DNA of 64,000 bases from Escherichia coli (GTDB lineage: Bacteria; Pseudomonadota; Gammaproteobacteria; Enterobacterales; Enterobacteriaceae), in the NCBI RefSeq assembly GCF_036507355.1, contig NZ_AP027877.1. The stretch is one strand, 5' to 3'. The notes beneath the pieces were generated by a model, which worked only from the letters and a program-made list of their open reading frames with translations, searched no databases and was not told where the DNA came from. Position 1 is the first letter of the stretch, and every line of letters begins with the position of its first letter. Below, in pieces: positions 36,746 to 51,500 of this stretch. The position numbers were made by a program, and so were the translations under genes.

Positions 36746-36767
36746 GAGTCAATTCAGGGTGGTGAAT

Positions 36768-37850
36768 GTGAAACCAGTAACGCTATACGATGTCGCAGAG
36801 TATGCCGGTGTCTCTTATCAGACCGTTTCCCGCGTGGTGAATCAGGCCAGCCACGTTTCTGCGAAAACGCGGGAAAAAGTGGAAGCGGCGATGGCGGAGC
36901 TGAATTACATTCCCAACCGCGTGGCACAACAACTGGCGGGGAAACAGTCGTTGCTGATTGGCGTTGCCACCTCCAGTCTGGCCCTGCACGCGCCGTCGCA
37001 AATTGTCGCGGCGATTAAATCTCGCGCCGATCAACTGGGTGCCAGCGTGGTGGTGTCGATGGTAGAACGAAGCGGCGTCGAAGCCTGTAAAGCGGCGGTG
37101 CACAATCTTCTCGCGCAACGCGTTAGTGGGCTGATCATTAACTATCCGCTGGATGACCAGGATGCCATTGCTGTGGAAGCTGCCTGCGCTAATGTTCCGG
37201 CGTTATTTCTTGATGTCTCTGACCAGACTCCCATCAACAGTATTATTTTCTCCCATGAAGACGGTACGCGACTGGGCGTGGAGCATCTGGTCGCATTGGG
37301 TCACCAGCAAATCGCGCTGTTAGCGGGCCCATTAAGTTCTGTCTCGGCGCGTCTGCGTCTGGCGGGCTGGCATAAATATCTCACTCGCAATCAAATTCAG
37401 CCGATAGCGGAACGGGAGGGCGACTGGAGTGCCATGTCCGGTTTTCAACAAACCATGCAAATGCTAAATGAGGGCATCGTTCCCACTGCGATGCTGGTTG
37501 CCAACGATCAGATGGCGCTGGGCGCAATGCGCGCCATTACCGAATCCGGGTTGCGCGTTGGTGCGGATATCTCGGTAGTGGGATACGACGATACCGAAGA
37601 CAGCTCGTGTTATATCCCGCCGTTAACCACCATCAAACAGGATTTTCGCCTGCTGGGGCAAACCAGCGTGGACCGCTTGCTGCAACTCTCTCAGGGCCAG
37701 GCGGTGAAGGGCAATCAGCTTTTGCCCGTCTCTCTGGTGAAAAGAAAAACCACCCTGGCGCCCAAGACGCAAACCGCCTCTCCCCGCGCGTTGGCCGATT
37801 CATTAATGCAGCTGGCACGGCAAGTTTCCCGACTGGAAAGCGGGCAGTGA
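36768..37850 (+). CDS. lacI: Lactose operon repressor
   Basis: 360 aa from the GTG start VKPVTLYDVAEYAGVSYQTVSRVVNQASHVSAKTREKVEAAMAELNYIPN...; the track ORF starts 3 codons upstream at an alternative GTG. Confidence 0.97.
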   Translation: MKPVTLYDVAEYAGVSYQTVSRVVNQASHVSAKTREKVEAAMAELNYIPNRVAQQLAGKQSLLIGVATSSLALHAPSQIVAAIKSRADQLGASVVVSMVERSGVEACKAAVHNLLAQRVSGLIINYPLDDQDAIAVEAACANVPALFLDVSDQTPINSIIFSHEDGTRLGVEHLVALGHQQIALLAGPLSSVSARLRLAGWHKYLTRNQIQPIAEREGDWSAMSGFQQTMQMLNEGIVPTAMLVANDQMALGAMRAITESGLRVGADISVVGYDDTEDSSCYIPPLTTIKQDFRLLGQTSVDRLLQLSQGQAVKGNQLLPVSLVKRKTTLAPKTQTASPRALADSLMQLARQVSRLESGQ

Positions 37851-37863
37851 GCGCAACGCAATT
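37843..37863 (+). promoter_or_regulatory. lac operator O3
   Basis: ggcagtgagcgcaacgcaatt overlapping the lacI 3' end. Confidence 0.8.
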
Positions 37864-37885
37864 AATGTGAGTCAGCTCACTCATT
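37864..37885 (+). promoter_or_regulatory. CRP (CAP) binding site of the lac promoter
   Basis: aatgTGTGAgtcagcTCACTcatt, TGTGA-N6-TCACT core. Confidence 0.85.
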
Positions 37886-37898
37886 AGGCACCCCAGGC

Positions 37899-37934
37899 TT
37901 TACACTTTATGCGTCCGACTCGTATGTTGTGTGA
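37899..37934 (+). promoter_or_regulatory. lac promoter P1 (-35 TTTACA, -10 TATGTT, 18-bp spacer)
   Basis: tttacactttatgcgtccgactcgTATGTTgtgtga; transcript start at the A of aattgtgagcgg (37935). Confidence 0.9.
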
Positions 37935-41047
<3,113 letters not shown>

Positions 41048-41053
41048 TAATAA

Positions 41054-42352
<1,299 letters not shown>

Positions 42353-42355
42353 GCA

Positions 42356-42400
42356 ATCAATGTCGGATGCGGCGCGAGCGCCTTATCCGACCAACATATC
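42356..42400. repeat. REP element between lacY and lacA
   Basis: tgtcggatgcggcgcgagcgccttatccgacc. Confidence 0.75.
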
Positions 42401-42417
42401 AGGACGGAATGATCGCA

Positions 42418-43027
42418 ATGAACATGTCGATGACAGAAAGAATAAAAGCAGGCAAGCTATTTACCGATATGTGCGAAGGCTTACCGGAAAAAAGACTTCG
42501 TGGGAAAACGTTAATGTATGAGTTTAATCACTCGCATCCATCAGAAGTTGAAAAAAGAGAAAGCCTGATTAAAGAAATGTTTGCCACGGTAGGGGAAAAC
42601 GCCTGGGTAGCCCCCCCGTCTATTTCTCTTACGGTTCCAACATCCATATAGGCCGCAATTTTTATGCAAATTTCAATTTAACCATTGTAGACGACTACAC
42701 GGTAACGATCGGTGATAACGTATTGATTGCACCCAATGTTACTCTTTCCGTTACGGGACACCCTGTACACCATGAATTGAGAAAAACGGTGAGATGTACT
42801 CTTTTCCGATAACGATTGGCAATAATGTCTGGATTGGAAGTCATGTGGTCATTAATCCAGGCGTCACCATCGGGGATAATTCTGTTATTGGCGCGGGTAG
42901 TGTCGTCATAAAAGACATTCCACCAAACGTCGTGGCTGCTGGCGTTCCTTGCCGGGTTATTCGCGAAATAAACGACCGGGATAAGCAATATTATTTCAGA
43001 GATTACAAAGTTGAATCGTCAGTTTAA
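42418..43027 (+). pseudogene. lacA: Galactoside O-acetyltransferase gene with two -1 frameshifts
   Basis: The LacA-like sequence sits in three frames: MNMSMTERIKAGKLF...ENAWV (frame 1, stop at 42649-42651), [55 protein letters not shown] (frame 3), [24 protein letters not shown]...KVESSV (frame 2); the shifts coincide with a C7 run (42611-42617) and an A5 run (42782-42786). Confidence 0.8.
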
Positions 43028-43029
43028 AT

Positions 43030-43105
43030 TATAAAAATTGCCTGATACGCTTCGCTTATCAGGCCTACAAATTCAGTGATCTACGTAGGCCGCATCCGGC
43101 GTGAA
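43030..43105. repeat. REP element(s) between lacA and cynX
   Basis: gcctgatacgcttcgcttatcaggcctac ... gtaggccgcatccggcgtgaac. Confidence 0.75.
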
Positions 43106-43129
43106 CAAAGCGCAGAAACAAGCGTCGCA

Positions 43130-44284
43130 TCATGCCTCTTTGACCCACAGCTGCGGAAAACGTGCTGGTGCAAAACGCAGGGTTATAATCATCAGCCCAA
43201 CGACGCACAGCGCATGAAACGCCCAGTCCATCAGGTAATTGCCGCTGATACTACGCAGCACGCCAGAAAACCACGGGGCAAGCCCGGCGATGATAAAACC
43301 GATCCCCTGCATAAACGCCACCAGCTTGCCAGCAATAGCCGGTTGCACAGAGTGATCGAGAGCCAGCAGCAAACAGAGCGGAAATGCGCCGCCCAGACCT
43401 AAACCACACACCATCGCCCACAATACCGGCAATTGCAGCGGCAGCCAGATAAAGCCGCAGAAACCCACCAGTTGTAACGCCAGTGCCAACAGCAAAAGTT
43501 TGCGCCGATCCTGATGGCGAGCCATAGCAGGCATCAGCAAAGCTCCTGCGGCTTGCCCAAGCGTCATCAATGCCAGCAAGGAACCGCTGTACTGCGCGCT
43601 GGCACCAATCTCAATATAGAAAGCGGGTAACCAGGCAATCAGGCTGGCGTAACCACCGTTAATCAGACCGAAGTAAACACCCAGCGTCCACGCGCGAGGA
43701 GTGAAAACCACGCGAACCGGAGTGGTTGTTGTCTTGTGGGAAGAGGCGACCTCGCGGGTGCTTTGCCACCACCAGGCAAAGAGCGCAACAACGGCAGGCA
43801 GCGCCCACCAGGCGAGTGTTTGATACCAGGTTTCGCTATGTTGAACTAACCAGGGTGTCAGGGCGGCACCAAGCCCACCGCCGCCCATCAGAGCCGCGGA
43901 CCACAGCCCCATCACCAGTGGCGTGCGCTGCTGAAACCGCCGTTTAATCACCGAAGGCATCACCGCCTGAATGATGCCGATCCCCACCCCACCGAGCAGT
44001 GCGCTGCTAAGCAGCAGCGCACTTTGGGGGTAAAGCTCACGCATCAATGCACCGACGGCAATCAGTAACAAACTGATGGCGACGCTGCGACGTTCGCTGA
44101 CATGCTGATGAAGCCAGCTTCCGGCCAGCGCCAGCCCGCCCATGGTAACCACCGGCAGAGCGGTCAACAGGGCAGCCACGCTAAAGCTCATTCCGCTTGC
44201 CTGGCGCAATTGCGGTAGCAGTGGCCCGACGGAGGTGAGCAGTGGTCGCATATTAAGACCAATCAGCACCAGAACCAGCAGCAT
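43130..44284 (-). CDS. cynX: Cyanate transporter (MFS)
   Basis: About 384 aa from MLLVLVLIGLNMRPLLTSVGPLLPQLRQASG...; the track ORF extends to 44311. Confidence 0.9.
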   Translation of the reverse strand: MLLVLVLIGLNMRPLLTSVGPLLPQLRQASGMSFSVAALLTALPVVTMGGLALAGSWLHQHVSERRSVAISLLLIAVGALMRELYPQSALLLSSALLGGVGIGIIQAVMPSVIKRRFQQRTPLVMGLWSAALMGGGGLGAALTPWLVQHSETWYQTLAWWALPAVVALFAWWWQSTREVASSHKTTTTPVRVVFTPRAWTLGVYFGLINGGYASLIAWLPAFYIEIGASAQYSGSLLALMTLGQAAGALLMPAMARHQDRRKLLLLALALQLVGFCGFIWLPLQLPVLWAMVCGLGLGGAFPLCLLLALDHSVQPAIAGKLVAFMQGIGFIIAGLAPWFSGVLRSISGNYLMDWAFHALCVVGLMIITLRFAPARFPQLWVKEA

Positions 44285-44316
44285 CGTGAACGTCTTTTGA
44301 TGGTTACGCATGGCTG

Positions 44317-44805
<489 letters not shown>

Positions 44806-44817
44806 TTAAAAATAAGG

Positions 44818-45477
44818 TTACGCTGCGGTCGGTTGGCGTAGCGGTATGGCACAAACGCGAGGATTAGCGGCCAGTGGCACAAACTGGCGGGTTGCGCCGT
44901 CAAACGCTGCGATGCTGCCGCTTTCAATATCGTAGACCCAGCCGTGCAGGGCGATCCGCCCCTCTTCGAGCGCCAGGCGCACCGATGGATGAGTTTGCAA
45001 ATTAGCCAACTGAGCAATGACGTTTTCACGTACCATCGCCGCAGCTTTTGACGGTAAATCGGAATGCGGGCGCGCCTCATTAACGACGCGGGCTGAATCG
45101 GCATAACGCAGCCAGTGGGAGACGGCAGGCATATGGTCCATGCACTGACAGCTGGCAATGGCGGCCATCGCGCCACAGTTGGAATGACCGCAAATCACAA
45201 TGTCAGATACCCGAAGCGCAGCGACGGCATACTCCACCGAAGCAGAAACGCCACCGGGTTCCGGCCCGTAGGAAGGGACGATATTGCCCGCGTTGCGAAT
45301 AACGAACAGATCGCCAGGCTCACGTTGCGTCACCAGCTCAGGGACCAGACGGCTGTCGGAGCAGGAGATAAAAAGTGTGCGCGGGCTTTGCTGTGTCGCC
45401 AACTGTTTAAATAAGGCTTCCCGCTTCGGAAATGCCTCGCGCTGGAATTTAAGGAATCCATCAATAATCTCTTTCAC
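44818..45477 (-). CDS. cynT: Carbonic anhydrase (beta class)
   Basis: 219-aa ORF with beta-carbonic-anhydrase motifs (CSDSR, HSNCGA). Confidence 0.95.
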   Translation of the reverse strand: MKEIIDGFLKFQREAFPKREALFKQLATQQSPRTLFISCSDSRLVPELVTQREPGDLFVIRNAGNIVPSYGPEPGGVSASVEYAVAALRVSDIVICGHSNCGAMAAIASCQCMDHMPAVSHWLRYADSARVVNEARPHSDLPSKAAAMVRENVIAQLANLQTHPSVRLALEEGRIALHGWVYDIESGSIAAFDGATRQFVPLAANPRVCAIPLRQPTAA

Positions 45478-45586
45478 CGTTAACCTCTATCTGTCTCTGG
45501 AATGAGAGGCAGACTACTCGCCGATTGTCATAAGGTAAAAGTCTCATTTATGATGAGTTCTATTGGATTTACTTATAGGTCGGCGA
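45478..45586. promoter_or_regulatory. Divergent cynR / cynTSX control region
   Basis: Intergenic region between divergent cynT and the LysR-type cynR; individual sites not resolved. Confidence 0.5.
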
Positions 45587-46486
45587 ATGCTCTCTCGACA
45601 TATCAATTATTTTCTTGCCGTGGCTGAACATGGCAGCTTCACCCGTGCCGCCAGTGCGTTGCACGTCTCTCAGCCTGCGCTTTCCCAGCAGATTCGCCAG
45701 TTAGAGGAGAGTTTAGGCGTGCCGCTGTTTGACCGTAGCGGGCGAACGATTCGTCTCACTGATGCAGGAGAAGTCTGGCGACAGTACGCCAGCCGGGCGT
45801 TACAGGAACTGGGGGCGGGTAAACGGGCGATTCATGATGTTGCCGATCTGACGCGAGGATCGCTGCGTATCGCCGTCACCCCCACCTTTACGAGCTACTT
45901 TATCGGCCCCTTAATGGCGGATTTCTATGCGCGCTATCCCGGCATCACGCTCCAGCTACAGGAAATGTCGCAGGAGAAAATCGAAGATCTGCTTTGCCGC
46001 GACGAGTTGGACGTTGGGATTGCCTTCGCGCCTGTGCATTCGCCGGAGCTGGAGGCAATTCCTTTACTGACAGAAAGTTTAGCGTTAGTCGTGGCGCAAC
46101 ATCATCCGCTGGCTGCCTGTGAACAGGTGGCGTTGAGTCGCTTGCATGATGAAAAACTGGTCCTGCTCAGCGCGGAATTTGCCACCAGAGAGCAAATTGA
46201 CCACTACTGCGAGAAAGCGGGGCTGCATCCACAGGTGGTCATTGAGGCGAACTCAATTAGCGCGGTTCTGGAGCTGATTCGCCGCACTTCCCTTTCCACA
46301 TTGTTACCAGCAGCGATTGCCACACAACATGACGGGCTTAAAGCTATTTCTCTTGCCCCGCCACTACTGGAGAGAACGGCGGTTTTGTTGCGGCGGAAAA
46401 ATAGCTGGCAGACAGCCGCCGCGAAGGCATTTTTGCAAATGGCGTTGGATAAATGTGCGGTTGTTGGCGGAAATGAATCGCGGTAA
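45587..46486 (+). CDS. cynR: LysR-type activator of the cyn operon
   Basis: 299 aa from [44 protein letters not shown]...; the track ORF starts 8 codons upstream. Confidence 0.92.
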   Translation: MLSRHINYFLAVAEHGSFTRAASALHVSQPALSQQIRQLEESLGVPLFDRSGRTIRLTDAGEVWRQYASRALQELGAGKRAIHDVADLTRGSLRIAVTPTFTSYFIGPLMADFYARYPGITLQLQEMSQEKIEDLLCRDELDVGIAFAPVHSPELEAIPLLTESLALVVAQHHPLAACEQVALSRLHDEKLVLLSAEFATREQIDHYCEKAGLHPQVVIEANSISAVLELIRRTSLSTLLPAAIATQHDGLKAISLAPPLLERTAVLLRRKNSWQTAAAKAFLQMALDKCAVVGGNESR

Positions 46487-46494
46487 CCACTGAC

Positions 46495-46590
46495 ACAATT
46501 GCCTGATGCGCTACGCTTATCAGGCCTACGAGTTCAGTGCTCTACGTAGGCCGGATAAGGCGTTCACGCCGCATCCGGCATAAACTACGC
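46495..46590. repeat. REP/BIME elements after cynR
   Basis: gcctgatgcgctacgcttatcaggcctac ... gtaggccggataaggcgttcacgccgcatccggca. Confidence 0.8.
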
Positions 46591-46618
46591 TCGCTTTGTC
46601 AACACACAGCCCAGCCGA

Positions 46619-47902
46619 TCACCGTTTGTAATCGATGGCTTCTGGCTGCTCCAGATATACGGTGGTTTGTGCCGGTTGTGTGCTGGCAATCACCTTGCCG
46701 CCACGTACCGAATAACGTACCGGAACCTGACGGCGCAGCGCATCAAATCCATTTTCAGCAGGCAGGATAATCAGGTTGGCGCTGTTTCCGGCGGCAATGC
46801 CGTAATCCTGCAAATTCAACGTCCTGGCGCTGTGGTGGGTGATTAAATTCAGGCCATCGTTAATCTGCCCATAGCCCATCAGCTGGCAAACATGCAGCCC
46901 CATATGCAGCACTTGCAGCATATTCGCCGTTCCCAGCGGATACCACGGATCGAAGACATCATCGTGACCAAAGCAGACGTTAATGCCGGACTCCAGCATC
47001 TCTTTAACGCGCGTGATGCCGCGACGTTTTGGATACGTATCGAAACGCCCTTGCAGATGAATATTGACCAACGGGTTGGCGACAAAGTTAATACCGGACA
47101 TTTTCAGCAAGCGGAACAGGCGTGAGGTATACGCCCCGTTATAGGAGTGCATTGCCGTGGTGTGGCTGGCGGTAACTCGCGCGCCCATGCCTTCACGGTG
47201 CGCCAGGGCAGCAACGGTTTCGACAAAGCGCGACTGTTCGTCATCGATCTCATCACAGTGAACGTCGATCAGACGGTCATATTTTTGCGCCAGGGCGAAG
47301 GTTTTATGCAGCGACTCCACGCCGTATTCACGGGTAAATTCAAAATGCGGAATCGCCCCCACTACGTCTGCCCCTAAGCGTAACGCCTCTTCCAGCAACG
47401 CTTCACCGTTGGGATACGACAAAATCCCTTCCTGAGGGAAGGCGACGATTTGCAGATCAATCCACGGCGCGACTTCCTGCTTCACTTCCAGCATTGCTTT
47501 CAGCGCAGTTAGCGTTGCATCCGAAACATCGACATGGGTACGCACATGCTGAATGCCGTTGGCAATCTGCCATTTCAGCGTTTGCCATGCGCGTTGTTTC
47601 ACATCGTCATGGGTTAATAACGCTTTGCGCTCGGCCCAGCGTTCAATGCCTTCAAACAGCGTGCCGGACTGATTCCAGTTCGGTTGTCCGGCGGTTTGCG
47701 TGGTGTCCAGGTGAATATGTGGCTCCACAAACGGCGGTATAACTAAACCTTGTTCGGCATCCAGGCTGTTTTCAGTTATGGGCATCACCCCGGATTGCAC
47801 ATCAATGGCGCTGATTTTTCCGTCCTGCAGATGAATCTGCCACAGCCCCTCTTTGCCAGGTAACCGGGCGTTAATAATTGTTTGTAAAGCGTTATTCGAC
47901 AC
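46619..47902 (-). CDS. codA: Cytosine deaminase
   Basis: About 427 aa from a GTG start [34 protein letters not shown]...; amidohydrolase motif ([10 protein letters not shown]). Confidence 0.95.
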   Translation of the reverse strand: MSNNALQTIINARLPGKEGLWQIHLQDGKISAIDVQSGVMPITENSLDAEQGLVIPPFVEPHIHLDTTQTAGQPNWNQSGTLFEGIERWAERKALLTHDDVKQRAWQTLKWQIANGIQHVRTHVDVSDATLTALKAMLEVKQEVAPWIDLQIVAFPQEGILSYPNGEALLEEALRLGADVVGAIPHFEFTREYGVESLHKTFALAQKYDRLIDVHCDEIDDEQSRFVETVAALAHREGMGARVTASHTTAMHSYNGAYTSRLFRLLKMSGINFVANPLVNIHLQGRFDTYPKRRGITRVKEMLESGINVCFGHDDVFDPWYPLGTANMLQVLHMGLHVCQLMGYGQINDGLNLITHHSARTLNLQDYGIAAGNSANLIILPAENGFDALRRQVPVRYSVRGGKVIASTQPAQTTVYLEQPEAIDYKR

Positions 47903-49151
47903 TGTTAGCCTCCACATGCGTCATTGCTGCTGTCGTTTTACGATTCAAAATCGGGTTAAGGATGAGATAGCTCAGCGCGCCACCTAATACCGCGTTGACC
48001 GGAACAATTCCCGGTAACCAGTGGCCTGCAGCAATCCCCAAGGCGACCGCCAGAATCGCCACCCAATTGACACTCATCATACGCGTGGTCGCAAAGTGCT
48101 CATAGCGGCGACGGTTCATCAGATAGTCGGCAATGATCACGCCACCCACCGGAGGAATAGCTGCCGAAAGGAAGGTCAACCAGCCGACAAAATTGTTATA
48201 CAGCCATAATGCGCAGACCGTACCGATAATACCGTTGATTACCGAAAGGGTTTTGCTCGACATACCGGTAATGTTGGCGAAACCTAAACCCGACGCATAG
48301 AGTGCGTTATCGTTGGTGGTCCAGATATTCAGCCCCAGCACCACAATCGCAGGCAACAGCAGGCCCTGAGCAATCATCACATCAGAGATATCCGCCATCC
48401 CCAGTGCCGCAGCGCCCGCTGCACCGAAAATAAACATCAACGAGTTGCCGAGAAAAAAGGCCACCATCGCCACCAGCACCGCCAGTTTGGCATTGCGACC
48501 AAACCGGACAAAGTCGGCGGTGAGCGTACCCGCACTGATAAATGACCCCACAACCAGCGCCAGCGCGACATTGAAATCTAATGGTTGTGCGGGAACGACC
48601 GCTTTTAAGGCGTCCAGGCCGCCCATGCCGTTAACGGCCAGCCACACGGAATAACCGCCAAGACAGGCGATAGCCGGAACCGCAATCACCGAAAGAACCG
48701 TCAGCGCCGAAATGCCAAAGAAGACGGTGACGGTCATCAGTAAACCGGAAACGGCAATCAGCAAATTAATATCCAGCCCGGTTGCCTTACCCACCGGAAT
48801 GGCAAACATCGCCACGCCAACGCCAAACCAGCCAACCTGGGTGCCGCCCAGCAGCAGTGAAGGCAGCCATGAGCCTTTAACACCAAACGAGAAGCGAGCA
48901 AGAAGATGAGTGGTCAGGCCGGTTTTTGCGCCAATGTAACCGAGAAATGAAGTGTAAATACCGAGGAGAAGATTACCGATGAGAACTGCGAGGAAGAAAT
49001 CATGATAGCTAAGACCGGTTCCGAGAGTGCCGCCGGTCCACATACTGGCGGAAAAGAAGGTTAATCCCAGCATGACGAACGTCAATGCCAATACCCCTTT
49101 CCGCGCCGACTGCGGGACTGGCCCCTGGCTAAAGTTGTTATCTTGCGACAC
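47892..49151 (-). CDS. codB: Cytosine permease (NCS1 family)
   Basis: 419-aa polytopic [44 protein letters not shown]... Confidence 0.95.
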   Translation of the reverse strand: MSQDNNFSQGPVPQSARKGVLALTFVMLGLTFFSASMWTGGTLGTGLSYHDFFLAVLIGNLLLGIYTSFLGYIGAKTGLTTHLLARFSFGVKGSWLPSLLLGGTQVGWFGVGVAMFAIPVGKATGLDINLLIAVSGLLMTVTVFFGISALTVLSVIAVPAIACLGGYSVWLAVNGMGGLDALKAVVPAQPLDFNVALALVVGSFISAGTLTADFVRFGRNAKLAVLVAMVAFFLGNSLMFIFGAAGAAALGMADISDVMIAQGLLLPAIVVLGLNIWTTNDNALYASGLGFANITGMSSKTLSVINGIIGTVCALWLYNNFVGWLTFLSAAIPPVGGVIIADYLMNRRRYEHFATTRMMSVNWVAILAVALGIAAGHWLPGIVPVNAVLGGALSYLILNPILNRKTTAAMTHVEANSVE

Positions 49152-49299
49152 GAAATTCCCCCTTTTTGCTGTTTGAAACCCAAAAAATCCGCCGCATTCT
49201 ATTCATCTGAAGATAAAAAGCAATCGTTTTCGTGGGGAAATATATTTTTTATATGAATGAGTGCAAAAAGGTGGGGGAAAATTATCGGTGTAAAAACAG

Positions 49300-49565
49300 T
49301 GGGCAGGCATGATAAGACGCGTCAGCGTCGCATCAGGCATCTGAGCATGGTGTCGGATGCGGCGCGAGCGCCTTATCCGACCTACGGTTCAGGCCTGTAG
49401 GCATGATAAGACGCGTCAGCGTCGCATCTGGTATCAGCGCAGGGTGTCGGATGCGACGCGAGCGCCTTATCCGACCTACGGTTCAGGCCTGTAGGCATGA
49501 TAAGACGCGCCAGCGTCGCATCAGGCATCTGCGCACAACTGTCGGATGCGCCACGCGACGCATCC
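49300..49565. repeat. Tandem BIME array (about three REP-pair units, roughly 94-bp period)
   Basis: catgataagacgcg(t/c)cagcgtcgcatc...gtcggatgcg...gcgccttatccgacctacggttcaggcctgtagg repeated head-to-tail between codB and prpE. Confidence 0.85.
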
Positions 49566-49574
49566 GACAATACC

Positions 49575-51461
49575 TTACTCTTCCATCGCCTGGCGGATCT
49601 GATCCAACGACGCCGGATCATCAATGGTCGTCAGATCCCCCGGATCGCGTCCTTCGCAAATCGCCTGGATCGTGCGGCGCAGCATTTTTCCGGATCGCGT
49701 TTTTGGCAATTGCGAGACAAACCAGACGTGCGCCGGGCGGCCAAAGTTGCCAATCTGGCTGTCCACCAGCGCCATAATCGCCTTCTCTTGCGAATGCGCC
49801 ACATCACGATCTTCCAGACTGTCGCTCTCTTTCGGAATGACAAACGCCACCGCCACCTGCCCTTTCAGCGCATCTTTCACCCCAACCACCGCCACTTCGG
49901 CAACGCCCGGATGACTGGAGATACTCTCTTCAATCTCGCGCGTCCCCAGCCGATGCCCGGCAACGTTAATCACATCGTCAGTGCGCCCGAGAATAAAGTG
50001 ATAACCGTCAGCATCGCGGATGCCCCAGTCAAAGGTGGCGTACACCGGGCGGGAAAACAGCGACCAGTACGTCTTCACAAAGCGGTCGTCATCGCCCCAG
50101 ATGGTCTGAATACACCCCGGCGGCAGCGGCCCTTCCACCACCAGCATCCCTTTCTCGTTAACGCCACACGGTTCGCCGGTGACTTCATTAAGCAACTGCA
50201 CGTTATAGCCATACATCGGCACGCCGGGGCTTCCCAGACGCGTCGGCCTGTCGTCCAGACCGCGAGCAATTGCCATAATCGGCCAGCCGGATTCGGTCTG
50301 CCAGTAGTTGTCGATGACCGGCACATCCAGCGTATTGCTCACCCAACTGGCGGTCGGCTCGTCCAGCGGCTCCCCCGCCAGATAGAGAACTTCCAGCGAC
50401 GAAAGATCGTGTTTGCGAATTTCAGCGGTAGGGAATTTTTTCAGCACGCGAATGGCGGTCGGCGCTGAGAACATCCGGCTCACCTGATATTTCTCGACGA
50501 TTTTCCACCACACGCCGCAGTCCGGCCAGGTCGGTAATCCTTCGTAAACGATAGTCGCCATCCCCGCCAGCAGCGGCGCGTAGACGATATACGAATGCCC
50601 CACCACCCAGCCGATATCCGAAGCACAAAAGAACACGCCGCCCGCTTTGCCGCCAAAAATGGTGTCCATCGAGGTCGCCAGCGCCACCGCATATCCGCCA
50701 ACGTCACGCTGCACGCCTTTAGGTTTGCCGGTCGTGCCGGAGGTGTAGAGAATGCAGGAGGTTTCGTTGGATTCCAGCCACGCCACCGGTACCCGCGCGC
50801 CGATGTGTTGATGGCGCAACGACGCGAAATCGACATCCCGCCCGCTGACGCGCGCCATTTTCGCCAGCCCGCGATCCACCAGCAAAACATGGCGTGGCTG
50901 GTGCTGCGCCTGACTTATCGCATCGTCGAGCAATTTTTTATAGGGAATGATTTTGCCACCGCGCGCTCCGGCATCAGCCGAGACAATCAGCACCGGTTTA
51001 GCATCATCAATTCGCGCCGCCACGCTATGAGAGGCAAATCCACCAAACACCACCGAGTGAATAGCGCCAATGCGCGCGCAGGCCAGCAGGGTAATATGCG
51101 CCTCGGCAATCATCGGCATATACACCAGCACCCGATCGCCACGCTGCACGCCCAGCGAGCGCAGCATTGACGCCACCGCGTTTACTTCGTCATGAAGCTG
51201 GCGAAAGGTAAAGGTGCGCTCTTCTTCTGTTTCCGAAGAGACGGCAATCAGCGCCAGCGCCTCTGGCTGTTTCTCCAGCCAGCGATCGATAGCGTTGTGA
51301 CACAAGTTGGTTCGGCCTTCACAAAACCAACGGGCAAACGGCGGATTGCTGTGATCGAGCGTTTGCGTAAAGGGCGTCTGCCAGTCAATACGCCGGGCCT
51401 GCTCGGCCCAGAACTGCTCCGGTTCGTTAATCGAACGCTGATAAAATTCGCTAAAAGACAT
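49575..51461 (-). CDS. prpE: Propionate--CoA ligase
   Basis: 628-aa acyl-CoA synthetase ORF MSFSEFYQRSINEPEQFWAEQARRIDWQTPF... Confidence 0.95.
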   Translation of the reverse strand: MSFSEFYQRSINEPEQFWAEQARRIDWQTPFTQTLDHSNPPFARWFCEGRTNLCHNAIDRWLEKQPEALALIAVSSETEEERTFTFRQLHDEVNAVASMLRSLGVQRGDRVLVYMPMIAEAHITLLACARIGAIHSVVFGGFASHSVAARIDDAKPVLIVSADAGARGGKIIPYKKLLDDAISQAQHQPRHVLLVDRGLAKMARVSGRDVDFASLRHQHIGARVPVAWLESNETSCILYTSGTTGKPKGVQRDVGGYAVALATSMDTIFGGKAGGVFFCASDIGWVVGHSYIVYAPLLAGMATIVYEGLPTWPDCGVWWKIVEKYQVSRMFSAPTAIRVLKKFPTAEIRKHDLSSLEVLYLAGEPLDEPTASWVSNTLDVPVIDNYWQTESGWPIMAIARGLDDRPTRLGSPGVPMYGYNVQLLNEVTGEPCGVNEKGMLVVEGPLPPGCIQTIWGDDDRFVKTYWSLFSRPVYATFDWGIRDADGYHFILGRTDDVINVAGHRLGTREIEESISSHPGVAEVAVVGVKDALKGQVAVAFVIPKESDSLEDRDVAHSQEKAIMALVDSQIGNFGRPAHVWFVSQLPKTRSGKMLRRTIQAICEGRDPGDLTTIDDPASLDQIRQAMEE

Positions 51462-51500
51462 AATGCTCTCCTGTTGAACTTACGCCTTACCGCCGTTTAC

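Noticed and set aside
49300-49565. Possible CRISPR array
   Set aside because: Repeats are REP/BIME palindromes of variable spacing with no unique spacers, no leader and no cas genes nearby
49497-50468. 323-aa + strand ORF
   Set aside because: Antisense to prpE and starting inside the BIME array; Arg/His-rich low-complexity product
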